From Alphaproteobacteria bacterium (GTDB taxonomy: Bacteria > Pseudomonadota > Alphaproteobacteria > UBA828): a stretch of DNA of 64,000 nucleotides. The notes beneath the pieces are model-generated. The model searched no databases. It worked only from the letters and a program-made list of their open reading frames with translations, and was not told where the DNA came from. The position numbers were made by a program, and so were the translations under genes. Every line of letters begins with the position of its first letter. Position 1 is the stretch's first letter. The DNA lies in assembly GCA_965214705.1 (NCBI GenBank), contig CBDCCI010000002.1:2528001-2592000 (forward strand). Direction: 5' to 3'. Of this stretch, positions 9,863 through 20,042 are shown piece after piece.

Positions 9863-10816
9863 GTGCACACTGGGCCGACGCCGCAGCTAGGGACCCTCAC
9901 CGCCCACGACGGCTTCCCGCTCCGCACAGTGGTCTGGCCCGCGCCACCCGGTGGCGGGCGGGGAACGGTGGTACTGCTGCAGGGCAGAGCCGAGTTCATC
10001 GAAAAGTACGGCGAGACCGTGGATGACATCTTGGCCCGCGGCTTCGCCGTCTACGCGCTGGACTGGCGGGGCCAAGGCCGCTCCGGCCGGGTGCTGAAGG
10101 ATCCGCGCAAGGGTCACGTTGTAAAATACGACGACTATCTCAAGGACTTCGACCTGTTCCTGGAGCGGCTGGTCGTCCCCGAAGCCCCGCGGCCCATCGT
10201 GGTGCTGGCCCATTCCATGGGCGGCCACATCGTGCTCCGTCACCGGGCCGAGCACGATGCCCGCGCCGGGCCCTATTTTGCTCAAGGCATCGCCCTCTCC
10301 GCCCCCATGGTGGACATCCTGATGACCCCCGCCGAGCGGGCTCTGGGCGCAGTGCTCATGATTGCCGCCATGAGCGTCGGCCTGAGGAACCAGTACGTGC
10401 CGGTGCGCGGGACCTTCCCGCCGCCCTACGACGGTAATCCGCTGACCCGCGACCGCGCACGGTACGAGCGCATGGAGACGCTGATGCGCGAGAACCCGGC
10501 GCTCGCTATCGGCTGGCCGACGGTGGGCTGGCTCGCCGCCACTCGGCGCTCGGTCGCGATCCTGCGCAGCCGGGGCTATCCCGAGCGGGTCGCGACGCCG
10601 GTGCTGATGATCAGCGCCGAGGCCGACAGGGTCGTTTCAAATGGGGCCCAGAAGCACATCGCCGCGCGGCTTCCCGACTGCCGCCTGGAGATCATACCCG
10701 ATTCCCGCCACGAGCCCCTGATGGAGACGGACGAGGTCAGGGCGCAGGTCTTCGCCCTCTTCGATGCCTTCGTGGAGAGAGTTCTCGGGAGCGGGGCTCA
10801 GTCTCCCAGCCGGTAG
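9863..10816 (+). CDS. alpha/beta hydrolase, lysophospholipase L2 (PldB)-like
   Basis: GRAEFIEKY, DWRGQGRS, AHSMGG nucleophile elbow, RHE. Confidence 0.88.
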   Translation: MHTGPTPQLGTLTAHDGFPLRTVVWPAPPGGGRGTVVLLQGRAEFIEKYGETVDDILARGFAVYALDWRGQGRSGRVLKDPRKGHVVKYDDYLKDFDLFLERLVVPEAPRPIVVLAHSMGGHIVLRHRAEHDARAGPYFAQGIALSAPMVDILMTPAERALGAVLMIAAMSVGLRNQYVPVRGTFPPPYDGNPLTRDRARYERMETLMRENPALAIGWPTVGWLAATRRSVAILRSRGYPERVATPVLMISAEADRVVSNGAQKHIAARLPDCRLEIIPDSRHEPLMETDEVRAQVFALFDAFVERVLGSGAQSPSR

Positions 10817-11706
10817 AAGCGCACCGCGTTGTCGTGGAAGAGCGCGCGCTGCTCGGCGGGCGTGAGGTCGGCGACAATGGTCTTGAACGAATCGTAAATG
10901 GCGCCGGCGCCGCCGTGCAGCGCGGCCACCGGAAAATCGCTCGCGAACATGCAGCGCTCGGTGCCGAAGGCGTCGATGGTGTGGCAGATGAAGGGGCGCG
11001 TGCTCTCGGTCGTCCAATCGTGGTCATAGGCGCCGAGGTCGGAGATCTTGACTGCGACGTTGGCGGCGCCGGCCAGCGCGCTCATGCCTGAACGCCAGGC
11101 GGCGATGGCCTCGTCGTCCCGGTCGGCGGGGCTGCCGGTGTGGTTGAGGATGATCTGCGTGTCCGGGAAGGCCCGGGCGAGGTCCAGCGCGTTGTCAAGC
11201 TGGCCGGAGTAGATCATCATGTCGAAGGAGAGATCGAACTTCCGAAGCAGGCCGAAGCCCCTCCGCCACGCCGCGTCCTGCATCAAGTCCGAGCGCTCGT
11301 GGAAGGTCCAGGCCGGGTTCTCGTGCCAGCTCAGGATCTGGCGGATGCCGCGCATGTTGGGATGCGCACAGTGGGCCTCCAGCACCGCCTCGGCATCCGG
11401 CTCCTCCAGCAGGGCGTAGGCGACGATGCCGTGGGGAAAGCCGTTCTCGTCGGCGATGCCTTGCAGCCAACGCGTCTCGGCCACCGGGTCTTCGAAAAAG
11501 CTCGCCTGGATGTGGACGGACTTGACCAGCCCGATGCCGGCCATGTCGGCGAGATAGTCGGCGAGAAAGTAATCGCGGATGAGCGGCGCGGTGCTGCCGA
11601 ACACCACCTCACGCGGGCCGTCGGTGAGCCACGTGTAGCGGCCGGAGTCGAGCTCCCAGAGATGGTGGTGGGCGTCAATGATCGGCCCGTCGTAGAGGCT
11701 GCTCAT
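10798..11706 (-). CDS. amidohydrolase family protein (lactonase-like, Amidohydro_2)
   Basis: IIDAHHHLW, LNHTG, FASDFP; start at MSSLYDG. Confidence 0.88.
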   Translation of the reverse strand: MSSLYDGPIIDAHHHLWELDSGRYTWLTDGPREVVFGSTAPLIRDYFLADYLADMAGIGLVKSVHIQASFFEDPVAETRWLQGIADENGFPHGIVAYALLEEPDAEAVLEAHCAHPNMRGIRQILSWHENPAWTFHERSDLMQDAAWRRGFGLLRKFDLSFDMMIYSGQLDNALDLARAFPDTQIILNHTGSPADRDDEAIAAWRSGMSALAGAANVAVKISDLGAYDHDWTTESTRPFICHTIDAFGTERCMFASDFPVAALHGGAGAIYDSFKTIVADLTPAEQRALFHDNAVRFYRLGD

Positions 11707-11764
11707 GGCGTGCTCCGCTCGCTGGTGTGTGCGCCGGCGATGGCCGCACACGGTTGCCGTCAAG

Positions 11765-12235
11765 TCAAGACGCGGGCGGGCCACGCATGAGAATGTGAAC
11801 GATCTCGTAGCTCAGCACCGGCTCGTTCCGCTGGTTGCGGACGTCGTAGGCCATGCGCACGTAGCCGCGGTCGGGCTTCGAGCGCGAGGGGCGGGCTTCG
11901 GCGACGGTCGCGATGGCGTGGATGGTATCGCCCGGCCGCGCCGGCCGGTGAAAACGGACGTTATCGATCCCCGGCCCGCCGATACAGGCCTCGTTGATCA
12001 CGCCAAGCTCGTAGAAGAGGCGGAAGCCCAGCGCCATGGTCTGGAAGCCGCTGGCGATCAGACCGCCGTAGGGGCCCTCGGCCGCGCCCTCGGCATCGAC
12101 GTGGATCGGCTGCGGGTCGAACTGGCGCGCGAAGGCGACGATCTCCGCCTCGTCGAGGGTCAACGTGCCCGTGACGAAGCGCTCGCCTTCCTTCAACTCG
12201 TCGAAGTAGCGCGCAGCCGCGCGGGTCGCGCTCAC
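11765..12235 (-). CDS. MaoC family dehydratase
   Basis: FDPQPIHVD, GLIASG, RFHRPARPGD. Confidence 0.9.
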   Translation of the reverse strand: MSATRAAARYFDELKEGERFVTGTLTLDEAEIVAFARQFDPQPIHVDAEGAAEGPYGGLIASGFQTMALGFRLFYELGVINEACIGGPGIDNVRFHRPARPGDTIHAIATVAEARPSRSKPDRGYVRMAYDVRNQRNEPVLSYEIVHILMRGPPAS

Positions 12236-13389
12236 AGCGTCGGGTTGTCGATCTCGAGCCCGTAGAGCATCCGCCCGTAGGTCGTGAAGTTCACGTCCTT
12301 GCTCTGGGTGAAGTGCTGGTTGGCGACCAGCATGTCAGTATAGAGGTTGCCGAGGGAGCTTCGGGTGTAGACGCTGGCGGCGCCGGAAAGGTCCCAGATG
12401 GCGCGCGCGGCGTCCATGGCGATGTTGCCGGCGTAGGTCGCGAGGGCGCGGCAGCGGGCGCGTTCCTCGAGATTCGGCACGCGGCCCTCCTCGACGGCGA
12501 TGGCGCTGATCTCGTCGGCCGCAACCCTCAGCAGCTGCTTGGCCCCGTCGACCGCGCACTTCGATTCGGCGAAGCGGATGTGCTGCGAGGCGAAGGCGGA
12601 GACCTGCTTCTCCGCCATGATCGAGCCCTTCTTGCGCGCGATCTCGTTGTACTCCGCCACCATCTCCTGCGCGATGCCGACCGCACCGCTGGTGATGCCG
12701 CAGCCGAAGATCGGATAGCTGGGAAGCAGGTAGAGCGGCGTCTCGCGCCAATGGCCGCCGGGGGACTCGCCGCCGCGTAGCGCCTCCATCGAGAGCACCC
12801 GGTGCTCCGGCACGAAGAACTCCTTGAGCTGCACGTCGTTGGTGCCGCTGCCGCGCAGGCCCAGCGCGTGCCAGGTGTCGAGGATTTCGATTTCCTCGCG
12901 CTTGATGAGGAAGTGCAGGTGACTGTCGTGCTCGCCCACCCTGCCTTCCTCGTAGGCTGAGACGATGCACCAGTCGCAGGTGTCCACGCCGGTGACGAAG
13001 GGCCAGCGGCCACTCACCCGGTAGCCGCCGTCGGCCCGCACGTAGCGGCCCAGGCTCTGGATCAGGATGCCGGCGACCAAGGCCTTGGGATCGTCGCCCC
13101 AGACCTCGTCCTGCCCCTCCCGCGGCCACTGGGCCACCATGAAGGGATGAACGACGTATTGCACGACCGCCCAACCGGTCGAGCCGCAGGCCGCACCGAT
13201 CTGGGAGACGGCCTCGACGATGTCGCGCAGCGGTCCGCCGGCCCCGCCGTAGGCCGGAGGCTGCAGCAGACGTGCGACGTCCGATTCCCGAACCATCTCC
13301 CTGATCTCGGGCAGGACCGTGCGGTTCTCGCGGGTCTCGTCCCGCCGGTCGCGCAGGGCGGGCAACAGGGCATCGAGATCGGCGCGCAT
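12232..13389 (-). CDS. flavin-dependent monooxygenase, acyl-CoA dehydrogenase fold (HsaA-like)
   Basis: CGSTGW, VSGRWPFVTGVDTCDW, DTWHALGLRGSGT. Confidence 0.85.
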   Translation of the reverse strand: MRADLDALLPALRDRRDETRENRTVLPEIREMVRESDVARLLQPPAYGGAGGPLRDIVEAVSQIGAACGSTGWAVVQYVVHPFMVAQWPREGQDEVWGDDPKALVAGILIQSLGRYVRADGGYRVSGRWPFVTGVDTCDWCIVSAYEEGRVGEHDSHLHFLIKREEIEILDTWHALGLRGSGTNDVQLKEFFVPEHRVLSMEALRGGESPGGHWRETPLYLLPSYPIFGCGITSGAVGIAQEMVAEYNEIARKKGSIMAEKQVSAFASQHIRFAESKCAVDGAKQLLRVAADEISAIAVEEGRVPNLEERARCRALATYAGNIAMDAARAIWDLSGAASVYTRSSLGNLYTDMLVANQHFTQSKDVNFTTYGRMLYGLEIDNPTL

Positions 13390-13570
13390 GGCTTCCTTTC
13401 CGTGCTCCGCGATGATGGTGAGGGTGAGTCCCCCGCCTGCCAGAGGCCCCGGCGGGGCGCATCATGGCCGCGCCGGACGGTGGGGACAAGACTGGCACGG
13501 TCCCCTAGCCAACACATGCAGCCCGATGTCGGGACGGATTGACCGGCGACCCACGCACAACACGGGCTTA

Positions 13571-13613
13571 GCTTGGACCAAGCCTTGACCAAGCACGTAG
13601 TGGCCACTATGTG
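13571..13613 (+). promoter_or_regulatory. predicted promoter and operator palindromes of the phd-vapC operon
   Basis: GCTTGGACCAAGC (13571-13583), TTGACC -35 (13585), perfect TAGTGGCCACTA (13598-13609) overlapping a TATGTG -10. Confidence 0.55.
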
Positions 13614-13653
13614 TTGGTGCTCGAAAACGGTAACACTGCTGCAGGAGAGCATC

Positions 13654-13887
13654 ATGCCTCAGACAGTCAACGTCGGAGACGCCAAGGCACGGTTGTCGCA
13701 CCTGATCGCGCGTGCCGAGGCTGGCGAGGACGTCATCATCGCGCGCGACGGCGTTCCTGCAGCGCGCATCGTGCCCTTAGAGCGACCCGTTGGCGCAACC
13801 ATTGAACTCATGCGGCAAGAACGAGCGCAACGGCCGCCCGTCCCCGCCGCGGACATTCGAGCCGCCAAGGAGCAGGGCCGGGCCTGA
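13654..13887 (+). CDS. Phd/YefM family antitoxin
   Basis: TVNVGDAKARLSHLIARAEAGEDVIIARDGVP; GGAG RBS. Confidence 0.9.
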   Translation: MPQTVNVGDAKARLSHLIARAEAGEDVIIARDGVPAARIVPLERPVGATIELMRQERAQRPPVPAADIRAAKEQGRA

Positions 13888-14288
13888 TGGCAATCGTCCT
13901 GGACGTATCCATCGCCGCGGCCTGGTGTTTCCCCGATGAGCATGCCGACGCTGCCGAGCGCTCATTCGACGAGTTGCCGCAGGTTGGCGGCGTGGTTCCG
14001 GGCATCTTTCGATACGAAATTCGGAACGTCTTGGTCGTGAATGAACGCCGCGGCCGCATCGATCAGGCCGGCAGTGCCCGGTTTCTGATGCGCTTGCGAG
14101 ACTTGCGGCTTTTGCAGGACGACGCTCACGACGAGGACACGGTCATGGCACTTGCCCGCAAGCATGGGTTGAGTGCCTACGACGCCGCCTATTTGGAGAC
14201 TGCGCTTCGCCGCGGTGACAGATTGGCGACCCTGGACCGAGACTTGGCGAACGCTGCCACGGCCGAGGGCGTTGCCCTGATCCACTGA
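13887..14288 (+). CDS. vapC: VapC PIN-domain toxin
   Basis: IVLDVS, E, LSAYDAAYLE, LATLD acidic PIN residues; TGATG coupling to the antitoxin. Confidence 0.9.
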   Translation: MAIVLDVSIAAAWCFPDEHADAAERSFDELPQVGGVVPGIFRYEIRNVLVVNERRGRIDQAGSARFLMRLRDLRLLQDDAHDEDTVMALARKHGLSAYDAAYLETALRRGDRLATLDRDLANAATAEGVALIH

Positions 14289-14382
14289 ATTTTGAGGGTG
14301 AATTGGCCTAGCGCCGCCTGCGTAACGCTGTACTCTCCCGGCGCGCGGCGGGGGCCGGGCTCGAGACGAAAGGGAGAGCGGC

Positions 14383-15108
14383 ATGGGCAAGACGGCGATC
14401 GTGATCGGTGTGGGTGCGGGCGAAGGGCTGGGCGCGGCGGTCTGCCGCATGGCGGCGAGCGAAGGGCTCCACGTCTTCGTCGGCGGCCGCACCGAGGCCA
14501 AGGTGGCAGCGGTCGCAGACGCGATCCGCGCAGCCGGCGGTGAGGCCACCGCCGTCGTCGCCGACACCACCGACGAAGCCTCGGTCAGCGCCTTCGTCGA
14601 AGCGGCCGAAGCGCAAGGCCCGATCGACCTCGCCGTCTTCAACGCCGGCAACAACATGCCGGGCAACCCGCTCGAAATGGAGGCCGCGTACTTCGAGACC
14701 TGCTGGCGCATCGGCTGCATGGGCGGCTTCCTGTTCAGCCGCGAGGCGTTGCGCCGCATGGTGCCGCGCGGCACGGGCACGCTGTTGCTCACCGGCGCGA
14801 GCGCGTCGATGCGCGGCAAGCCCAATTTCGCCGCCTTTACGTCCGCCAAGGCCGGGCTCCGAGCGCTCGGCCAGAGCCTCGCCCGCGAGTTCGGCCCGCA
14901 GGGCATTCACGTAGGCCACGTCGTGGTCGACGGCGGCATCGACGGTTATCGGCTCAAGACCCGCGCGCCCGACTTCGCCGCACGCATGGGCGAAGGCGGG
15001 CTCATCGGCCTCGACGGGCTCGCGGAGTCCTATCGCTTCCTCTACCGCCAGCCGCGCAACGCGTGGACGCAGGAGCTCGATCTGCGCACCCACAAGGAGC
15101 AGTACTGA
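14383..15108 (+). CDS. short-chain dehydrogenase/reductase
   Basis: GVGAGEGLG, FNAG, FTSAK (F in place of the catalytic Y). Confidence 0.9.
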   Translation: MGKTAIVIGVGAGEGLGAAVCRMAASEGLHVFVGGRTEAKVAAVADAIRAAGGEATAVVADTTDEASVSAFVEAAEAQGPIDLAVFNAGNNMPGNPLEMEAAYFETCWRIGCMGGFLFSREALRRMVPRGTGTLLLTGASASMRGKPNFAAFTSAKAGLRALGQSLAREFGPQGIHVGHVVVDGGIDGYRLKTRAPDFAARMGEGGLIGLDGLAESYRFLYRQPRNAWTQELDLRTHKEQY

Positions 15109-15157
15109 GGCCCCGCCGGCGATTGACATGCGGGCCTAAACGCCGCTTTCTGCCGCC

Positions 15158-16360
15158 ATGACCGAGAAGCTGCCGCTTGAGGGCGTCCGCGTCATCGACC
15201 TCGCGACCTTCATCGCGGGGCCGTTCACCGCCGCGTTGCTCAGCGAGTTCGGCGCCGAAGTCATCAAGGTCGAGCAGCCGGGGCTCGGCGACCCGCTGCG
15301 CAAGTTCGGCTCGCCCAGCAAGCGGGGCGACGGCTACGCCTGGCTCTCGGAGCAGCGCAACAAGAAGTCGGTCACCCTCGACCTGCGCCAGCCTGAAGGC
15401 GCGGCGCTCTTCAAGCGGCTGGTCGCCGAGGCTGACATCCTGTGCGAGAATTTCAGGCCGGGCACCATGGAGAAGTGGGGTCTCGGACCGGACGCGCTCA
15501 AGGCCGTCAATCCCGGTCTCGTCATGGTGCGTATCTCGGGCTATGGCCAGAAGGGCCCCTACAAGGACCGTCCCGGCTTTGCCCGCATCGCCCATGCCTT
15601 CGGCGGCCTGACGCACCTCACCGGCGTACCCGGCGGGCCGCCGCTCACGCCGGGCTCCACCTCGCTCGCGGACTACATCTCCGGCCTCTACGGCGCCGTC
15701 GGCGCGCTCATGGCTCTGCGCACTCGCGAAGACGTTGGCGGGCAGGTGATCGACATCGCGCTCTACGAATCGATCTTCCGCGTGCTCGACGAGATGGCAC
15801 CGCTCTATGCCGCCACCGGGTTCGTCCGCCCCAGGCTCGGGCTGATGACCAGCAACGTCTGCCCCCACGGCCATTTCGAGTGTGGCGACGGCGGCTGGGT
15901 CGCGATCGCGTGCACCAGCGACAAGATGTGGCGCCGCATGGCCGCGGTGCTCGGGCGCGAGGAACTGGGCGAGGATGAGCGCTACGCCACCAGCGCCAAG
16001 CGGGTGGAGAACCGGGACGACGTCGAAGGCATGGTCACGGCCTTCACGCTCTCGCTGCCGCGCGACCGGGTGGTGGAGACCTGCAACGCGGGCGGGGTGC
16101 CGACGTCGCCGATCTATTCCATCGCCGACATCTTCGAGGACCCGCATTACCAGGCGCGCGGGACCTTGAGGGGCGTTGTCGAGCCCGAGACCGGCGAGGA
16201 GGTCCACGTGCCGAACGTGCTGCCCGCCATGTCCGAAACGCCGGGGCGGATCGAGAGCCTCGGCCCCAAGCTCGGTGCCCACAACGACGAGGTATACGGC
16301 GGCCTGCTCGGCCTCTCGACGGAAGAACGCAACGCCCTGCGGGAGAAGGGCGTGATCTGA
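15158..16360 (+). CDS. CaiB/BaiF family III CoA-transferase
   Basis: IAGP, RNKKSVTLDL, ENFRPG, ISGYGQ, ADY. Confidence 0.94.
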   Translation: MTEKLPLEGVRVIDLATFIAGPFTAALLSEFGAEVIKVEQPGLGDPLRKFGSPSKRGDGYAWLSEQRNKKSVTLDLRQPEGAALFKRLVAEADILCENFRPGTMEKWGLGPDALKAVNPGLVMVRISGYGQKGPYKDRPGFARIAHAFGGLTHLTGVPGGPPLTPGSTSLADYISGLYGAVGALMALRTREDVGGQVIDIALYESIFRVLDEMAPLYAATGFVRPRLGLMTSNVCPHGHFECGDGGWVAIACTSDKMWRRMAAVLGREELGEDERYATSAKRVENRDDVEGMVTAFTLSLPRDRVVETCNAGGVPTSPIYSIADIFEDPHYQARGTLRGVVEPETGEEVHVPNVLPAMSETPGRIESLGPKLGAHNDEVYGGLLGLSTEERNALREKGVI

Positions 16361-16999
16361 ATGAGAGACCCGTGCCGGCTCTACCTGATCACCCCGCCCG
16401 AGTTTGAACTGGAGACCTTCACGCCCGCGCTCGAGGCGGCGCTCGACGCGGGCGATGTCGCCTGCCTCCAGCTCCGGCTGAAGGAGGCCGACGACGATGC
16501 GGTGCGCCGGGCGGGAGAGCGCCTGCTGCCGATTTGCCGGACGCGCGAGGTGCCGCTGCTCATCAACGACCGGCCCGATCTGGCGGCTGCAATCGGTGCA
16601 GACGGCGCCCATGTCGGCGCCGACGACGCGAGCTATACGGAAGCGCGCGAGCGGCTGGGCACGGACGGGATGGTGGGCGTGAGCTGCTACGATTCCCGCC
16701 ACCGGGCCATGGAGGCGGCTGCGTCGGGCGCCGACTACGTGGCCTTCGGCGCCTTCTTCCCCACCGAGACCAAGACACCGCGCGCGAAGGCGGACACCCA
16801 CCTGCTCAAGTGGTGGAGCACCCTCATGGTCGTGCCTTGCGTCGCCATCGGCGGCATCACGGCCGAGAACTGCGGGCCCCTGGTGGAGAACGGCGCCGAC
16901 TTCCTCGCCGTGATCGGCGGAGTCTGGTCACACCCGGACGGGCCGGAGGCCGGCGTCAAGGCGATCAATCGCGCCATTGCCAGCGCGGAGGCGAGTTGA
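16361..16999 (+). CDS. thiE: thiamine phosphate synthase
   Basis: LQLRLK, INDR, GVSCY, FFPTETK, VAIGGI. Confidence 0.93.
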   Translation: MRDPCRLYLITPPEFELETFTPALEAALDAGDVACLQLRLKEADDDAVRRAGERLLPICRTREVPLLINDRPDLAAAIGADGAHVGADDASYTEARERLGTDGMVGVSCYDSRHRAMEAAASGADYVAFGAFFPTETKTPRAKADTHLLKWWSTLMVVPCVAIGGITAENCGPLVENGADFLAVIGGVWSHPDGPEAGVKAINRAIASAEAS

Positions 17000-17033
17000 T
17001 ATAGCCTGCAGCCTCTCTCCGGCAGCAGACCCC

Positions 17034-17600
17034 ATGAAGATCAACGGCAACGCCATCCGCCCCGGCATGGTGATCGAGCATCAGGATCGCCTCTGGGTCG
17101 CGGTGAAAATTCAGCACACCCAGCCCGGCAAGGGCGGCGCCTACCTCCAGGTCGAGCTCAAGAACCTGCGCGACGGCACCAAGCTCAACGAGCGGTTTCG
17201 GGCGTCCGAAAACGTCGAACGCGTGCGCCTCGACCAGAAGCAATACCAGTACCTCTACGAGGACGGCGATCTGCTCCACTTCATGGATCAGGACACCTAC
17301 GAGCAGTCCAGCCTCGCGCGCGACCTGATCGGCGAGCGGATGGTCTTCATGCACGAGGGGATGATCGTCACCATTGAATCCCACGAGGGCTCACCGCTCG
17401 GGGTGACGCTGCCGGACACGGTGGTGCAGACGGTCACCGAGACCGAGCCGGTGGTGAAGGGCCAGACGGCCGCGGCCTCCTACAAGCCGGCGCTGCTCGA
17501 CAATGGCATCAGAACGATGGTGCCGCCCCACATCTCCGAGGGCGAGCGCGTGGTGATAAGCACCGCCGATTCGACCTATGTCGAGCGCGCCCGCGACTGA
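17034..17600 (+). CDS. efp: translation elongation factor P
   Basis: [20 protein letters not shown]; start at MKING. Confidence 0.97.
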   Translation: MKINGNAIRPGMVIEHQDRLWVAVKIQHTQPGKGGAYLQVELKNLRDGTKLNERFRASENVERVRLDQKQYQYLYEDGDLLHFMDQDTYEQSSLARDLIGERMVFMHEGMIVTIESHEGSPLGVTLPDTVVQTVTETEPVVKGQTAAASYKPALLDNGIRTMVPPHISEGERVVISTADSTYVERARD

Positions 17601-17663
17601 GCGGCCGGCCCGCGGGCGCGGCCGGCGCCCGCCTTCCCTCCTCCACACGACGATCGCCACGCC

Positions 17664-18461
17664 ATGTCCCGCCGCTCGCCGCTGATCACGGTCATGGTCA
17701 ACGCCGCCTACAAGGCGGCGCGTGACCTGATCCGCGACTTCGGCGAGGTCGAGAACCTGCAGGTCTCGCAAAAGGGGCCGGCGGATTTCGTCTCGGCGGC
17801 CGACCACCGGGCCGAGAAGACGCTGGTCGCGGAGCTCGGCCGGGCGCGCCCGCGCTTCGGCTTCCTGCTCGAGGAAGGCGGCGCCATCGGCGGCGAGGAC
17901 AGCTCCAACCGCTGGGTCGTCGATCCCCTGGACGGAACCACCAACTTCCTGCACGGGCTGCCTCATTTCGCCATCTCCATCGGGCTGGAGCGTGACGGCA
18001 AACCCTATGCCGGTGTGATCTACGATCCGGTGCGGGACGAGCTGTTTTGGGCGGAGAACGGCGCCGGCGCCTTCATCAACAACCAGCGGCTCAGGGTCTC
18101 GGCCCGGCGCGCGCTGCCGAGCGCGCTGCTCGCGACCGGGCTGCCCTTCGGTGCGCGGCCGCGCTATCCGGGCCATCCCGAGATGGTGCGCCGCCTCGCC
18201 GGGGAGACGGCAGGTGTACGCCGGACGGGCTCGACTGCGCTTGACCTCGCCTACGTCGCGGCCGGACGGCTCGACGGATATTGGGGCTTCGGCATGGAGC
18301 CCTGGGACCTCGCGGCCGGGATCATCATCGTGCGCGAGGCCGGCGGTATCGTGACCGAGGTCGACGGCGGCGCGGACTCCATGACGAGCGGCGACGTGCT
18401 GGCCGCCAACGGCCACCTGCACGGGGTGTTGCGGGAGGCTCTGGCGCAAGCGGGCGGCTGA
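17664..18461 (+). CDS. suhB: inositol monophosphatase family protein
   Basis: WVVDPLDGTTNF, PWDLAAG. Confidence 0.94.
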   Translation: MSRRSPLITVMVNAAYKAARDLIRDFGEVENLQVSQKGPADFVSAADHRAEKTLVAELGRARPRFGFLLEEGGAIGGEDSSNRWVVDPLDGTTNFLHGLPHFAISIGLERDGKPYAGVIYDPVRDELFWAENGAGAFINNQRLRVSARRALPSALLATGLPFGARPRYPGHPEMVRRLAGETAGVRRTGSTALDLAYVAAGRLDGYWGFGMEPWDLAAGIIIVREAGGIVTEVDGGADSMTSGDVLAANGHLHGVLREALAQAGG

Positions 18462-18531
18462 GGGTGGCGCAGGCCGCAATTCCGACGGGGAATCCGGGTT
18501 GCCCAGGCCCCTTCGTCACGCGGCTTTCGGC

Positions 18532-18625
18532 CCCACCCTCACCCCGGCCCTCCCGGCGGGGAGGAGAGGGAGAGAGCGTCCGCGCCGCCTTTGTTCCCCC
18601 TCCTCCCGGGAGGAGGGGGAAGGGC
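18532..18625 (+). repeat. REP/BoxC-like palindromic pair
   Basis: CCCTCACCCCGGCCCTCCC...GGAGAGGG followed by the perfect 28-bp palindrome TTCCCCCTCCTCCCGGGAGGAGGGGGAA (18594-18621). Confidence 0.65.
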
Positions 18626-18978
18626 AGAATCACGGTCGCTCCGCAGGCTGGGGCCAAGAGCGCACGTCCCTTGCACCGCTGGCCGCGACTCGGTGGGGAA
18701 TGAATGTAAGGTTACTCCAATTGATTCCGCGGTACCGCTACGTATAGGAGGCGATGTCTACTACGGAACCTGCTACGTTAGGGTTGAAGGTGGGCAAGGC
18801 CATTCGGATGTAGCACTATACGTCCACCATCAATTTCCAACGCAATAGGGTCAAAGCCAAGACTAATAAGGGCAAGAGAAAGCTACGCTAGCCTAAGAAG
18901 GATGACTAGCCTTCACGCACGGAACATCAACACAGTGGAGGTTTCATTCGAGCCTCCGCTATGTGTTAGTGATAGGAG

Positions 18979-20037
18979 ATGGACATGCAGTTTCGCAACA
19001 TACCTAACCATGAGCGATTGCGGTTCCTGCTCGATGAGAAGGAGCATTTGATTGCCGACGGCGCCACGGCTACCAACCTCTTTGAGCTAGGCTTGGAGTC
19101 GGGCGATCCTCCTGAGCTATGGAATCTCGATAAGCCTTGGCTGGTGATCGGCAACCATGAAGCCATGAGATATGCTGGAGCTGACATCCTACTGACCAAC
19201 AGTTTCGGTGGCAATGCCTACAGGATGAAGCTCCATGGCTCCCAAGACCGGGTATTCGAGCTGAATAAGGAAGCCGCTTTACTGGCCCGTCAGGTGGTAA
19301 GTGAGGCGGATAGGCCGATGTTGGTAGCAGGGTGCATGGGACCAACCGGCGAGATTGTCATGTCTACTTCGGGGGAAGCAGCTTCTATCGGCACCTTGAC
19401 TCAGGAGGATGCGGTCGAGGCATTCAAAAATCAAGCAATCTCTCTACAAAAAGGTTCCGCTGATATCATCTGGATCGAAACCATGTCATCTTTGGCGGAG
19501 GTGGAAGCCGCTATTCTAGGGGCTCGCAGCACTGGCCTGCCCATTGTATGCACCATGTCCTTTGACACCAACGGTTTCACCATGATGGGTCTAACTCCGC
19601 AAGATGTAGCTGTATATTTCACACGTAATGCTATAGATGTAGCAGCCTTTGGCGCGAACTGTGGAGGAGGATTTGGTGATACCGTGGCCTCTATCATGGA
19701 GATGAACGAAGTAAATAAAAACGAAATCTTAGTCGTCAAGTCGAACTGCGGCGTCCCTAAGTTGGTGAAAGGGAAGGTGTGTTATTCGGGTGCTGATAAC
19801 GCCGTGCGTAAGTACGCCAGACTTTCCAAAGATGCTGGAGCACGAATCATAGGAGGGTGCTGCGGCTTTACTCCTGACCACATACGCATACTCAAGGAGG
19901 AACTTGAGTGCTACACCCCATTCCCTGTGAACCTCAGCGTTATCGATGCCGAGTTAGGGCTGTCTCGCTCTGATTTGACTCAGCCCCTCAAGCGCCGCAC
20001 CAGTAAATCACGGGCAAATAGGAGAGGCAAATCGTGA
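18979..20037 (+). CDS. bmt: homocysteine S-methyltransferase (betaine-homocysteine methyltransferase / split MetH N-terminal module)
   Basis: LIADGATATNLF, LTNSFG, IETMS, GANCG and GGCCG Zn ligands; visibly AT-richer than the flanks. Confidence 0.85.
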   Translation: MDMQFRNIPNHERLRFLLDEKEHLIADGATATNLFELGLESGDPPELWNLDKPWLVIGNHEAMRYAGADILLTNSFGGNAYRMKLHGSQDRVFELNKEAALLARQVVSEADRPMLVAGCMGPTGEIVMSTSGEAASIGTLTQEDAVEAFKNQAISLQKGSADIIWIETMSSLAEVEAAILGARSTGLPIVCTMSFDTNGFTMMGLTPQDVAVYFTRNAIDVAAFGANCGGGFGDTVASIMEMNEVNKNEILVVKSNCGVPKLVKGKVCYSGADNAVRKYARLSKDAGARIIGGCCGFTPDHIRILKEELECYTPFPVNLSVIDAELGLSRSDLTQPLKRRTSKSRANRRGKS

Positions 20038-20042
20038 CGCAT

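Noticed and set aside
16361-16999. TPP riboswitch before thiE
   Set aside because: thiE abuts the upstream gene with no leader
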